Positions 1-9,999 of a stretch of DNA of 36,468 nucleotides are shown here, one piece after another (the first letter of the stretch is position 1; every line of letters begins with the position of its first letter). This stretch comes from Actinomycetota bacterium (GTDB lineage: Bacteria > Actinomycetota > Actinomycetes > S36-B12 > UBA5976): positions 1-36,468 of the forward strand of contig CANBWF010000001.1 of NCBI GenBank assembly GCA_947373075.1, given 5' to 3'. The notes under the pieces are model-generated. The model had not been told where the DNA came from, made no database searches, and saw only the letters and a program-made list of their open reading frames with translations. The translations under genes and the position numbers were made by a program.

Positions 1-2
1 TA

Positions 3-902
3 GTCGTTTATGACAAAAATAAAGACCGGCTAGTCGATACCGCAACCGGATATGTATATCGCGAAGCTAACGGTTCATTTATCGGCCCAGATGGCGAGGA
101 CATGACTCGTGACCAATCTTGGGTTGGCTGGCAAACCTGGGTTGGCCTAGATAACTTCACGAAGATTTACACTGATAAAGATATTCAGTCAGCATTCGTA
201 AAGATTTTGCTTTGGAACATTGCCTTTGCAATTTTGGCGGTATTTACTTCATTTGTGATCGGGCTTGTCCTAGCACTCACATTGAATCATCCGCGAATGA
301 AAATGCGTCGCACTATGCGTTCTCTATTGATCATCCCGTATGCAGTGCCGGGCATCGTGGCCGTTTCTGTCTGGGCCGGCATGCTCAATGATGATTACGG
401 CTTCATCAACGGAATATTTGGCACAAACATTCGCTGGTTAATGGATCCAACTTGGGCTAAGGTTTCCGTCTTACTAGTGAATCTTTGGATGGCCTTCCCA
501 TACTTCTTCCTAATTACTACAGGTGCCTTGCAGTCAATACCAGCTGAATATTTTGAAGCCGCCGAAGTAGACGGGGCAAGTCCTCTGCAAGTACTAAGCA
601 AAATCAAACTGCCCCTGTTGCTTGTACCCTTAACTCCGTTGATGATCGGTTCACTGGCATACAACTTCAACAACTTTATGAATATTTATTTGCTCACCGG
701 TGGCGGGCCGTTCACTGGCAACGATCCAAATGCTGGTGACACAGATATTTTGCTCAGCTACACCTGGAAGATGGCATTCAACTCTGGCTCGGGTCAGCAG
801 TTTGGTTTAGCTTGTGCGATTTCCGTTCTAATCTTTTTCTTCATCGCGCCAATCTCCATTTATGGGTTCAAGCGCGCGCAGTCTTCTGAGAACATGAGCT
901 AG
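3..902 (+). CDS. malF: MalF-type (CUT1) sugar ABC transporter permease, 5'-truncated by the window edge
   Basis: Frame 3 is open from nt 3 (VVYDKNKDRLVDTATGYVYREANGSFIGPDGED precedes the tracked Met at 102). It aligns with the extracytoplasmic loop and C-terminal TM part of the full-length paralogs at 15674 and 29537. EAA-loop motif EYFEAAEVDGASPLQVLSKIKLPLL. Confidence 0.9.
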   Translation, partial: VVYDKNKDRLVDTATGYVYREANGSFIGPDGEDMTRDQSWVGWQTWVGLDNFTKIYTDKDIQSAFVKILLWNIAFAILAVFTSFVIGLVLALTLNHPRMKMRRTMRSLLIIPYAVPGIVAVSVWAGMLNDDYGFINGIFGTNIRWLMDPTWAKVSVLLVNLWMAFPYFFLITTGALQSIPAEYFEAAEVDGASPLQVLSKIKLPLLLVPLTPLMIGSLAYNFNNFMNIYLLTGGGPFTGNDPNAGDTDILLSYTWKMAFNSGSGQQFGLACAISVLIFFFIAPISIYGFKRAQSSENMS

Positions 903-911
903 GGGATAGAC

Positions 912-1871
912 ATGTCGACAAATACAAAGGCCCGCAGGGTTAAGCAAAAACCAAGCAAGAAAAAAGTTGTAAGCATCAATCAACGCGGAACCGTTTGGTG
1001 GCGGTACATAGTCGGATTGATTGCAATTACTTTCTCACTATTCCCAGTGCTCTTTGTGCTTTCGACTGCATTCAACTCACTTGGAATTCTTGATGGAACA
1101 CACTTAATTCCGCAGCACTATGGTTTGGATAACTTCCGACACTTATTTGTTGACTTTAAGGATCCGAATTCAGACCCAACTTTGCCGGCTTCACACCCAC
1201 CGTTCTGGTCTTGGTATCGCAACTCGCTCTTACTATCTGTTACGGCTGCGTTCCTACAGTGTGTAATCGCTGCCTATGCTGCATTCGCTTTTAGTCGCCT
1301 ACGGTTTAAAGGCAGAAAAGCCACGATCAGCGGACTGTTAATCATTCAAATGTTCCCGCAAGCTCTAGGCCTTGTTGCATTAATTGAAGTTGCCCAGCGA
1401 CTGGGTGCTATTTGGCCGGGCGTAGATCAAAATACTTACACGGGGTTATTGCTGATCTATTTGGGCGGCGCAATGGGATTCAACGCTTACCTAATTAAAG
1501 GCTATTTTGATACCATCCCGACTGAATTAGATGAAGCTGCAACTATTGATGGTGCGACTTCAGCGCAAATTTTCTTCAAAATTCTTCTGCCGCTGTCCGC
1601 GCCGATTCTGGCTGTCGTTGCCCTGCTTTCATTCATTGGGTTGATAAACGACTTCTTGTTAGTGCAAACTTTCTTGACCTTAACTGGCAGTGACGATACG
1701 CGAAATACTTTGGCAACGGGTTTGCACACATTGGTTGGCGATCCACGCTCATCAAACTGGGGAGTCTTCGCAGCTGGTGCTTTGCTTGCGAGTATTCCGA
1801 TGGTCATCTTGTTCCAGTTCTTACAGCGATACATTGTCGGTGGCCTGACTTCAGGTTCAGTAAAAGGCTAA
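912..1871 (+). CDS. malG: MalG-type sugar ABC transporter permease
   Basis: 319-aa ORF starting 9 nt after malF, with a GGGGA RBS. EAA motif ELDEAATIDGATSAQIFFKILLPLSAP. C-terminal QRYIVGGLTSGSVKG is shared with the paralogs at 17203 and 31043. Confidence 0.9.
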   Translation: MSTNTKARRVKQKPSKKKVVSINQRGTVWWRYIVGLIAITFSLFPVLFVLSTAFNSLGILDGTHLIPQHYGLDNFRHLFVDFKDPNSDPTLPASHPPFWSWYRNSLLLSVTAAFLQCVIAAYAAFAFSRLRFKGRKATISGLLIIQMFPQALGLVALIEVAQRLGAIWPGVDQNTYTGLLLIYLGGAMGFNAYLIKGYFDTIPTELDEAATIDGATSAQIFFKILLPLSAPILAVVALLSFIGLINDFLLVQTFLTLTGSDDTRNTLATGLHTLVGDPRSSNWGVFAAGALLASIPMVILFQFLQRYIVGGLTSGSVKG

Positions 1872-2083
1872 AACTGGCAAACAGTTGCTCCACCAGTTCA
1901 ACGCCGCGGTAAAAGTCAATAAAACCGCTGTGTTGTAACGAAATCGTGACAGAAAATGAAAAATTTCTGTTGATTTGTGCAGATTTCTGGGGGTATCCTT
2001 TAGCAACAGGCGGTGTGTTTAGCCGTAAGCCAGCTCAAGTCTTTAGTGACTTGTGAGACGGCTCGTCAGAAGGAGCTAATCCA

Positions 2084-5000
2084 GTGTCCAAGTTAATGAA
2101 GTTTGCTAGCAAGCTAGTTATTGCTGCCCTTGCAATCAGTTTTGTCGGTGCGGCAAGTCCAGCACAGGCGGCGCAGACGGGCGACCTAACTGTCAAGATT
2201 CATTACGCTCGTCAGGCCGGTGACTTCACGGGTCGATATGCATGGGTTTGGTACACAGGCACAAACGCAGCTGGCACGTTTACGGGCACTGGTGTTGTCA
2301 CCGCAGCCGGTGGCGCATGGATTCCAGTTAACAACAGTGGGGTTGACTCTTACGGAGCCGTTTCTACTTTCACGCTTACTGGCGGTCAGAACATAGATCG
2401 ATTCGGCATTATCGAATGTTCGACAAATTCTTGGGGCGCTAATAACTGTGGTCGTGATGCGGCCAGTGCTGCTGACCGCTTCATTCCAGTTTCTAGTTTG
2501 AGTACCGAAGTTTGGTTACGCTCAGGATCTGCAGCATCTGCTGACACCACCGTATATACTTCAGACTCACTAGCTCCGTACCCGGCAACTTCGCAGACTG
2601 TTAAAGTCCACTACAACCGCACTGATGGTAACTACAGCGGTTGGAAGGTGCACTTAGGCACTGAAAGTAAGATCATGGCTTCCACTTATTGGGTGAGCCC
2701 TACCGATTATGATTTTGACGCGACGAGTCCAGTTGGTTACTCGGTTGGCTCCGACCAATTCGGCGCGTTTATCGAAACTACTTTGCCTTATTACGCTGGT
2801 CAAACAAAAACAGTAAACATGGTTGTCTACTCCCTTGATGGGGCTGGAACTTGGGTTAAAGATGGTGGCAATGTAGATGGCAATCGCTATCTAGCCGCTG
2901 ATGCCAGCGGAGTTACCAACATCTGGTTAGTTTCTGGCGACACTACCGGGGCTGCTGCATTTGCGACCGAACCAGTGGTTGCAACTCCAACTCCAACTGC
3001 TACGGCAACATCAGTTCCAGCGCCGGTAATTTCTGGGCTGAGTGTGACAACTGCTTCTGCTGGCGATGAAGTAACCATAAGTGGAACCGACCTGCAAGCT
3101 GATGTAAACCAACCTTCGGTTGATGTCAGTGGGGTGCCTGCAACTGTTACCGCCAGCTCAGCAACATCTGTATCTTTCACTGTTCCTGCGGGCCTCACCG
3201 ATGGTGATGCCTCGGTTACATTGACCACAACAAGTGGAACTTCAAATGCCGTAACTCTGACAATCGCAACTAACCCAAATCCGAGCGGACCGACAATTGA
3301 TTCGTTCTCGCCTTCGGCTGCCCACGCAGGTGATGTAGTTGTGATTAGCGGTTCAGGTTTACTTGACGCAGTAGTAACCATTGATGGAGTGGCAGACCCG
3401 TTAAGTGCCATTTCTGGTGACACTTTTGTTTCGTTTACGATTCCGAACGATTTTGCTAGTGGCACTTACTTGATCACTGTTACGACAACAGCGGGTTCAG
3501 CTGCAGCTGGATACACCGTGTTACCTGTTGGTCCAGCCATTACCTCCATAACCGATGTGTTGGGCAACCCAATTTCACAGGTACAAATAGGTGATTTGGT
3601 TGTTATCAATGGCTCGAACTTCTCTGGAGTTGCTTCCGTTTCATTTGCCGGTCAGGATGCTGACCTAACCACACCGGACACCGTTCTTACCGATACTGCA
3701 CTTACAGTTACCGTTCCGGAATCGATTTCAGGCGTTGTGACAGTTACCACCGCAGGTGGCTCAACCACAAGTGACCCACTTACATTCCTAAATATTGCAG
3801 CACCTTCAATCGATGTAGTAGATCCATCCAGCGCTCGCGCTGGTGACCTAGTTTTCATCGGCGGTGCACATTTATTGGGTGGCTCAGTAACAATTGGTGG
3901 CTTAACCGCAGCAGGAGTTCTTACGACTGCTTCACTTCTAACGGTCACAATGCCATCTGGTTTATCCGCTGGCGACACCGCAGTCGTTGTAACAACTGAA
4001 GGCGGAAGCGCATCTTCATCGATCACAGTTTTGCCAAGTGCCCCATCAATTTCTTCGATTAGCGTTACGAATGCCAACCTTGGAGATGTAATTACGCTTT
4101 ATGGCGCGGACTTTATCGGTGCAACTGAAGTTTCCTTCAATGGAGCACTGGCAGACCTAACTAACCCTGCGTTTGCAGTCAGTTTCGATGGAACCTCACT
4201 ATCTGTTGTGGTGCCTGATGGTGCAACCACAGGTTTTGTTTCCGTAACAACGGAAAATGGAACTGGATCATTTGATGGATTGACCATCGGTGGACCAGCG
4301 CCTACAGATACTCCAACACCGACAGATACTCCAACACCGACAGATACTCCAACACCTCCAGCTGTTCCGGTTATCTCACTCTTGGATCCGCAGGCTGTTC
4401 AAAGTGGAGATGTTGTGACAATCTTGGGCACTGACTTCGGCAACAATCCAGTCGTGACTATTGGCGGTTTACCTGCTGAAGTTATCGATTGTGGATCTTA
4501 TGTTCAAGATGGTTCCGGTGTCTGGGCTCCAGATTTCAACCAGTGCAGTTCAGGCTCACTATTAGTCATTGTTCCAGATGGAATTCCTGTTGGTGCTGCT
4601 GATGTGGTTGTAAATTGGGATAACCAGACAACCGCGAACTCTTCACTGGCGATTGTTTCGCAACCGCCCACAATTGATGGTTTTAGTGACCAAAGTGGTA
4701 AAGCTGGCGATGTAATCACTATTTATGGTTCGCAACTAACGGATATCACTTCAATTACATTTGATGGCGATGGCTCATTTGGGCCGGTTAATGTCGATCT
4801 TGCTGATGTTAATTATGTGGCTAGTCCAGATGGTTCTTCAATCACATTTGCAGTGCCAAGCGGAGCTACGTCAGGCACTATCACCGTTACCACGTTCAGT
4901 GGCTTTGTGGTCAGCGATGATACGTTCGACATTATTCCAACACCAACCATTGATTCGCTGAGTGCAACAAGCGGTATTCCTGGTGACATCATCACAATCT

Positions 5001-5968
5001 ATGGAACCAATCTAGACAGCGTCTTGTCGGTAACTTTTAATGGCAACGAAGCTGATTTAACCGATTTCAATACGGTGGTTGCAGATGATGGAAGCAGTAT
5101 CTCGGTTACTGTTCCTGATACCGCAACAACAGGAAACATCACAGTTACTACAAGTGGTGGCACTGCAACATCTGCAGATATCTTTAACCTTGCATCAGGT
5201 CCAGAAATTATTTCATTGAGTTCGCTCATGGGACGCTCGGGTGCAATCTTGTCTATCAGTGGAGCCAACCTTGGTGGGCTGCAGTCAGTTTCATTTGATG
5301 GTGATGAAGATAGTGGACCAGTTTTTGCGGATCTAACAAGTCCGTTGACCGTCCTCACAGATTCTCGAGTCACAGTTGTGGTTCCAGATGGCACAACTTC
5401 AGGAACTATCACGCTGACAACAGCTGGGGGACTAGTCACTTCAGAAGATGTTTATGAAATTGTTGCTGGGCCAGTAGTAACTTCAATGAGCGATACATCA
5501 TTGAAGCCTGGTAGCACTTTGACTATCCGTGGCTCTGGTTTAACTTGGGCGAAAATTCGAATCCGTGGGGTTCTAGCAAGTGTTGTAGGAAGTTCTACCG
5601 ATACTCAGTTAAAGGTAACCGTTCCACAACTTGGCTCTGGTCGCACAACTTTGGTAATTACGACTCCAGGTGGAGTAATCACTCGTCAAGTTACTATTTC
5701 TTCACCAGCTCCGATAATCAAGTCCTTCACTCAGAGTGCATCTAAGAAGCGTGGGGTTGGAACTGTTGTTGTAACCGGCCGTAACTTGAATGGCGCCGTG
5801 GTCCGAGTTGGTAATATTGTCGTTAAGGTTCGACCTGGTTCGACCGCAACTCGCTTGGTATTTACTTTGCCAAAGCATGCTGCGGTTACAAAGAAGGGCA
5901 TCTTCAGCATCACAACTGATGGTGGAGTTGCAAAGAGTAAGGCAGTCCTTAAGATAACTGCTAAGTAG
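2084..5968 (+). CDS. Secreted 1294-aa non-catalytic surface protein with two PUD/CBM41-like modules and about eleven IPT/TIG-like Ig repeats
   Basis: GTG start 8 nt after a GAAGGAG RBS. Signal peptide ends in ASPAQA/AQ. PUD-like signatures VKIHYARQAGDFTGRYAWVWY and VKVHYNRTDGNYSGWKV. Repeats of about 85-90 aa follow the pattern P.I..(L/F)S....AGD.(V/I)TI.G..L...V.(F/I).G, then (V/I)TVTT.GG. PT-rich linkers. No GH motifs seen. Confidence 0.85.
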   Translation: MSKLMKFASKLVIAALAISFVGAASPAQAAQTGDLTVKIHYARQAGDFTGRYAWVWYTGTNAAGTFTGTGVVTAAGGAWIPVNNSGVDSYGAVSTFTLTGGQNIDRFGIIECSTNSWGANNCGRDAASAADRFIPVSSLSTEVWLRSGSAASADTTVYTSDSLAPYPATSQTVKVHYNRTDGNYSGWKVHLGTESKIMASTYWVSPTDYDFDATSPVGYSVGSDQFGAFIETTLPYYAGQTKTVNMVVYSLDGAGTWVKDGGNVDGNRYLAADASGVTNIWLVSGDTTGAAAFATEPVVATPTPTATATSVPAPVISGLSVTTASAGDEVTISGTDLQADVNQPSVDVSGVPATVTASSATSVSFTVPAGLTDGDASVTLTTTSGTSNAVTLTIATNPNPSGPTIDSFSPSAAHAGDVVVISGSGLLDAVVTIDGVADPLSAISGDTFVSFTIPNDFASGTYLITVTTTAGSAAAGYTVLPVGPAITSITDVLGNPISQVQIGDLVVINGSNFSGVASVSFAGQDADLTTPDTVLTDTALTVTVPESISGVVTVTTAGGSTTSDPLTFLNIAAPSIDVVDPSSARAGDLVFIGGAHLLGGSVTIGGLTAAGVLTTASLLTVTMPSGLSAGDTAVVVTTEGGSASSSITVLPSAPSISSISVTNANLGDVITLYGADFIGATEVSFNGALADLTNPAFAVSFDGTSLSVVVPDGATTGFVSVTTENGTGSFDGLTIGGPAPTDTPTPTDTPTPTDTPTPPAVPVISLLDPQAVQSGDVVTILGTDFGNNPVVTIGGLPAEVIDCGSYVQDGSGVWAPDFNQCSSGSLLVIVPDGIPVGAADVVVNWDNQTTANSSLAIVSQPPTIDGFSDQSGKAGDVITIYGSQLTDITSITFDGDGSFGPVNVDLADVNYVASPDGSSITFAVPSGATSGTITVTTFSGFVVSDDTFDIIPTPTIDSLSATSGIPGDIITIYGTNLDSVLSVTFNGNEADLTDFNTVVADDGSSISVTVPDTATTGNITVTTSGGTATSADIFNLASGPEIISLSSLMGRSGAILSISGANLGGLQSVSFDGDEDSGPVFADLTSPLTVLTDSRVTVVVPDGTTSGTITLTTAGGLVTSEDVYEIVAGPVVTSMSDTSLKPGSTLTIRGSGLTWAKIRIRGVLASVVGSSTDTQLKVTVPQLGSGRTTLVITTPGGVITRQVTISSPAPIIKSFTQSASKKRGVGTVVVTGRNLNGAVVRVGNIVVKVRPGSTATRLVFTLPKHAAVTKKGIFSITTDGGVAKSKAVLKITAK
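4304..4357 (+). repeat. Three tandem copies of an 18-bp unit (acagatactccaacaccg) encoding the PTDTPT linker
   Basis: Units at 4304-4321, 4322-4339 and 4340-4357 are identical except for the last base. They translate to (T)DTPTP x3 between IPT repeats 5 and 6. Confidence 0.9.
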
Positions 5969-6015
5969 CTAAAGTTAGTCTTTGGTTGAACCACTAAGTC
6001 TTTGAGGTAATTTCT

Positions 6016-7854
6016 GTGCGCATTACTGATTTGATCCATCACGATGGGTCTGCCCTATATGTAAGTAACCCGCAGCCAAAACTTGGCGAAACTGTCAAGG
6101 TTTACTTGCGGGTTCCGAATGAGTTGCAACCTTCTGTCGTGGCGTTGCGCCAAGTACGCGATGGTGAGCCAGTGGCAGCGCCAGCGCGGAAAATCGCTTC
6201 ACCATTCCCAGGCGATAGCGATACTTGGTACGCGGCCGATTTGCTGGTACATAATCCGCGAACAAATTACCGATGGTTCGTTAGTGGGGGCGATGTAGGT
6301 TACGGGTGGCTAACTCAACTTGGGTGGGTCGAACACGATGTTAATGATGCTGCGGATTTTGTTATTACCCCGCACCAGCCGATTGCAGACTGGGCTCGTA
6401 AGGCTGTTATCTACCAAATTTTCCCTGATCGTTTCGCTAACTCCGAGCACGAATATGAATTACCAACTTGGGCGATTCCTCGCACTTGGGATCAGCATCC
6501 AGAAGGTCGCGGCTCAAACACTGCGTTTGAATATTTCGGGGGAGACCTTTGGGGCGTAATCGAGAAACTTGATTACATCCAAAACCTTGGCATCAACTGC
6601 CTGTATTTCACGCCGATTTTTCCGGCCACATCACTGCATCGTTACGATGCCCGAAGTTTCGATGAAGTCGACCCACTTCTTGGCGGCAACGAAGCGCTGA
6701 TTGCTTTAGTTGAAGCAGCGCATGCACGTGGGATGAAAGTAATCGGAGACATCACACTTAACCATTCGGGTGATACGCATGAATGGTTTAAAGCAGCGCT
6801 TGCTGGTGATCCAGAATATCGTGATTTCTACATTTTCAATGACGAGCTTGAACATGGGTACGAGTCATGGATTGGGGTTAAGTCGTTACCAAAGTTTAAT
6901 TACGAATCGTTAGCGCTTCGGGAGAAGTTAATCACCGGTACAGACAGCGTTATTCGTAAATGGTTGCGGGCCCCATACAACTTAGATGGCTGGCGCGTTG
7001 ATGTGGCCAACATGTCTGGACGACTTGGTGAATTAGATCTGACGAAAGATGTAGCGCGTTGGACCCGTGAAGCAGTATTGCTTGAAGGTGCTGACAAAAT
7101 CTTGATTGGTGAACACAATCATGATTCTGGTCCTGACCTTGATGGCGATGGCTGGTATGGCAACATGAATTACACGGCGTTTCGTAACCCAGCACTCATG
7201 TGGTTAGTTGCTGACGCGATGTCAAACATCGAAGAATTGGACTATGCCAAGATTCCGCAAGGCATAATCCCCAAAGTTTCTGCAGAATCTATGATGCGGG
7301 TAATTCGTCAGTACTCATCACGTATGCCATGGCGTAGTTACTCTTCTTCATGGAATCTATTAAGTAGTCACGACTCACCCCGGGTTCGCTCAATTGTTGG
7401 TTCGCGTGATCGCCAGTTTGCTGCTGCGACTCTTATGGCAACCTTCCCGGGAACCCCAATGATTTTTGCTGGCGACGAGCTAGGCGCCGAAGGTTCATGG
7501 GGCGAAGATTCACGCACAACACATCCTTGGCAGTTAGTAGAGCAGTGGGATACCCAGCTCCTGGCTGCTTACAAAGCGGTAAATGAACTGAAAGCTGGCA
7601 GTGATGCCTTAGCTTTTGGTGGGCTACGCATTGTTCACATGCAAGATGATGCAATTGCATATCTACGTGAAACTGCCGAAGAACGAATCCTTGCTGTTAT
7701 CGCTCGTGAGCCAGTTGGTGAAATTGAGTTTAATTGTGCCACTTGGGCATTCAGTGAGCTCGAACATTTATTTGGATTCGACGCACAGGTTTCAGGAAAA
7801 ACAGTTACGGTGAAGGTAGACACAGCAGGTGGAGGAATCTGGCGATTAACATGA
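6016..7854 (+). CDS. Cytoplasmic GH13 alpha-glucosidase, maltodextrin glucosidase or neopullulanase-like enzyme
   Basis: No signal peptide. GH13 conserved regions: GDITLNHSG (I), DGWRVDVANM (II), LIGEHNHD (III), LLSSHDSPR (IV). Also DRFANS and GGDLWGVIEKLDYIQNLGINCLYFTPIF. Confidence 0.85.
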   Translation: MRITDLIHHDGSALYVSNPQPKLGETVKVYLRVPNELQPSVVALRQVRDGEPVAAPARKIASPFPGDSDTWYAADLLVHNPRTNYRWFVSGGDVGYGWLTQLGWVEHDVNDAADFVITPHQPIADWARKAVIYQIFPDRFANSEHEYELPTWAIPRTWDQHPEGRGSNTAFEYFGGDLWGVIEKLDYIQNLGINCLYFTPIFPATSLHRYDARSFDEVDPLLGGNEALIALVEAAHARGMKVIGDITLNHSGDTHEWFKAALAGDPEYRDFYIFNDELEHGYESWIGVKSLPKFNYESLALREKLITGTDSVIRKWLRAPYNLDGWRVDVANMSGRLGELDLTKDVARWTREAVLLEGADKILIGEHNHDSGPDLDGDGWYGNMNYTAFRNPALMWLVADAMSNIEELDYAKIPQGIIPKVSAESMMRVIRQYSSRMPWRSYSSSWNLLSSHDSPRVRSIVGSRDRQFAAATLMATFPGTPMIFAGDELGAEGSWGEDSRTTHPWQLVEQWDTQLLAAYKAVNELKAGSDALAFGGLRIVHMQDDAIAYLRETAEERILAVIAREPVGEIEFNCATWAFSELEHLFGFDAQVSGKTVTVKVDTAGGGIWRLT

Positions 7855-9953
7855 GGAAATTTCAAATTATCTTCATGACGTTCGTCTCGATGCTCTTTTG
7901 TGTTACCACAAGTGGTCTGTCTGCTTCAGCTGACTCCTCAGCTTTTCAAATGCAAAAACATCCAATGATTTATTTTGTAATGCTCGATCGCTTTGCGAAT
8001 GGCGACCCGGCCAACGACAGCGGTTACATTGCAGGTGGACCCAGCAAATCCGGATTCAATCCATCAGCAACAGGTTTTTATCATGGCGGCGATCTTGCTG
8101 GCCTTACAAGCAAAATCTCATACATAAAGAATCTAGGTTTTACTGCAATTTGGGTTACGCCAGTTGTTCGCCAAGTGTCCGTATCACCCGATGGCAGTAG
8201 CGCTGGATACCACGGATATTGGGGAGCAGGCTTTGATCAAGTTGATCCGCATCTTGGCACTATGCAAGATTTCAAAGACTTCGTGTCAGCAGCTCACGAG
8301 CAAGGCCTAGGAGTAATCCTGGACATTGTGGCAAACCACACAGGTGATGTCATCTATTCATCCTGGGGTTCAAGCTACTCCGACACTGATTTTTCACCGT
8401 ATTTAACTAAGAATGGCAAAGCTTTCGATGCAGCCAAGTTGGCAGGTACAACGAAATTTCCAAAACTAAGTGAACTGAGTCCAACAGTTTCATTTCCTAA
8501 CCCGCCATTGCTAAATAATTCAGACGAGCACATAAAAAGTCCCGCTTGGCTCAATGATGTGCGCAACTATCACAATCGAGGCAACAGCACTTTCCAGGGT
8601 GAATCAAGTTTGTACGGAGATTTCTACGGCTTGGATGATCTCTTCACTGAATCACCGGTTGTCGTTGCTGGTATGAGCAAAATTTTCGCAGACTGGATTG
8701 TCAATACCGATGTCGATGGATTCCGTATCGATACTGCGCGTCACGTAAATAAAGAGTTCTGGCGCGCATTCCTTCCCGCGATGCGTAAGGCTGCATTAGC
8801 GAAAGGCAAAACTGATTTCCCGATGTGGGGCGAGGTTTATGACACTAATGCATCTCAAACTTCTTATTGGATCAAGAATGCATCCTTTAATGAAGTCTTA
8901 GATTTTCCGCTACAAAACCAGATGCTCAACTTTGTTAACTCCGGCTCAACTAATGGAATTGTCTCGGTACTAAATGATGACGATGTTTATACGACTGCGA
9001 AAAGTAATGCGAATCAACTCGTAACCTTTTTAGGCAATCATGATATGGGTCGCGTGGGTTCGTTCATCGCTAGAAGTACGAGCAATAAGAGCCTGCAGCT
9101 AAGTCGCGACACTTTGGCACATGCCTTGCTGTTTACAGTTCGTGGCAACCCAGCTGTTTATTACGGTGACGAATTTGGTTTAGGCGGCGGCGGCGATCAG
9201 CAAGCACGTCAGGATTTGTTCCCGACCCAAGTTTCACAGTGGAAAACCGATTTACGCATTGGTGGCACACCAATCGGAACTGGCAGTAGCTTTGATACCA
9301 CTAACCCATTACAGGATTCGATAAGAGATTTAACTGCGCTTCGCTCTAGCGACAGTGCATTCAGCGATGGAAGCCAAATCATCAGGTATGCCGCAGATGG
9401 CGTACTTGTATTCAGCCGGATCAATGCACAAACAGGCGCGGAGTTTGTTTGCGCATTCAATTCGAGCGATGCTGACATCAGTAAAACTTTCCGAACATCG
9501 GCTAGCGGTGCAACTTGGATCAAGTCGCTTGGCGCTGGCAGCCTATCCCAGGAAAGGACTAGTGCGACTGTGCAGTTGCCTGCCGGCACATGGGGCGTTT
9601 TTAAGTCTTCCGCTCTTTTGACTTCACCAAATGCAGTTGCGATAAGTGTTGATGCAGTGCGACTAAACCCAGCGGATAGTTCGCAATACAACTTGCAAGC
9701 CCGCGTTACAAATGGTGCGTATAAGCAAATTAATTTCTATCGCAAATCACCAAAAGGCGCATGGACATTATTAGGTGTAGACAATTCGCCTTTGTATAAT
9801 TCAACTGCGACTAGTGCAATAAAAAATGTTTATCGTGTTCTTCCGTTGCGAAGTTCATTTGCTCGAAACACTTCGTATTCGATTAAGGCTCAAGTGGTCA
9901 CGTTAACTGGGCAAAAAATTGACTCAAAGGTCGTCACCTTAAAGGTGAAATAA
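7851..9953 (+). CDS. Secreted GH13 alpha-amylase with a C-terminal beta-rich extension
   Basis: ATG overlaps the upstream stop (ATGA at 7851-7854). Signal peptide ends in GLSASA/DS. GH13 regions LDIVANHTG, DGFRIDTARHV, MWGEVYD, FLGNHDMGR. Also DRFANGDPANDSG and GGDLAGL..KISYIKNLGFTAIWVTPV. Confidence 0.85.
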   Translation: MRKFQIIFMTFVSMLFCVTTSGLSASADSSAFQMQKHPMIYFVMLDRFANGDPANDSGYIAGGPSKSGFNPSATGFYHGGDLAGLTSKISYIKNLGFTAIWVTPVVRQVSVSPDGSSAGYHGYWGAGFDQVDPHLGTMQDFKDFVSAAHEQGLGVILDIVANHTGDVIYSSWGSSYSDTDFSPYLTKNGKAFDAAKLAGTTKFPKLSELSPTVSFPNPPLLNNSDEHIKSPAWLNDVRNYHNRGNSTFQGESSLYGDFYGLDDLFTESPVVVAGMSKIFADWIVNTDVDGFRIDTARHVNKEFWRAFLPAMRKAALAKGKTDFPMWGEVYDTNASQTSYWIKNASFNEVLDFPLQNQMLNFVNSGSTNGIVSVLNDDDVYTTAKSNANQLVTFLGNHDMGRVGSFIARSTSNKSLQLSRDTLAHALLFTVRGNPAVYYGDEFGLGGGGDQQARQDLFPTQVSQWKTDLRIGGTPIGTGSSFDTTNPLQDSIRDLTALRSSDSAFSDGSQIIRYAADGVLVFSRINAQTGAEFVCAFNSSDADISKTFRTSASGATWIKSLGAGSLSQERTSATVQLPAGTWGVFKSSALLTSPNAVAISVDAVRLNPADSSQYNLQARVTNGAYKQINFYRKSPKGAWTLLGVDNSPLYNSTATSAIKNVYRVLPLRSSFARNTSYSIKAQVVTLTGQKIDSKVVTLKVK

Positions 9954-9999
9954 CGAACTTAAATAATTTTCTGTCAATACTTTTTCAGAAACTTTTTCG

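Noticed and set aside
6083-7865. Multiple 60-80-aa ORFs in alternative frames inside the GH13 genes (for example 6083-6298, 6320-6559, 6900-7195, 7433-7865)
   Set aside because: They are nested within CDSs that carry all four GH13 conserved regions. They are short, Cys/His/Arg-rich or otherwise atypical, and they have no translation signals.
9967-9998. Possible terminator after the alpha-amylase gene (ttttctg...cagaaa followed by cttttt)
   Set aside because: The stem is only about 6 bp, is AT-rich and has a 12-nt loop. That is too weak to call without an energy calculation or 3'-end data.
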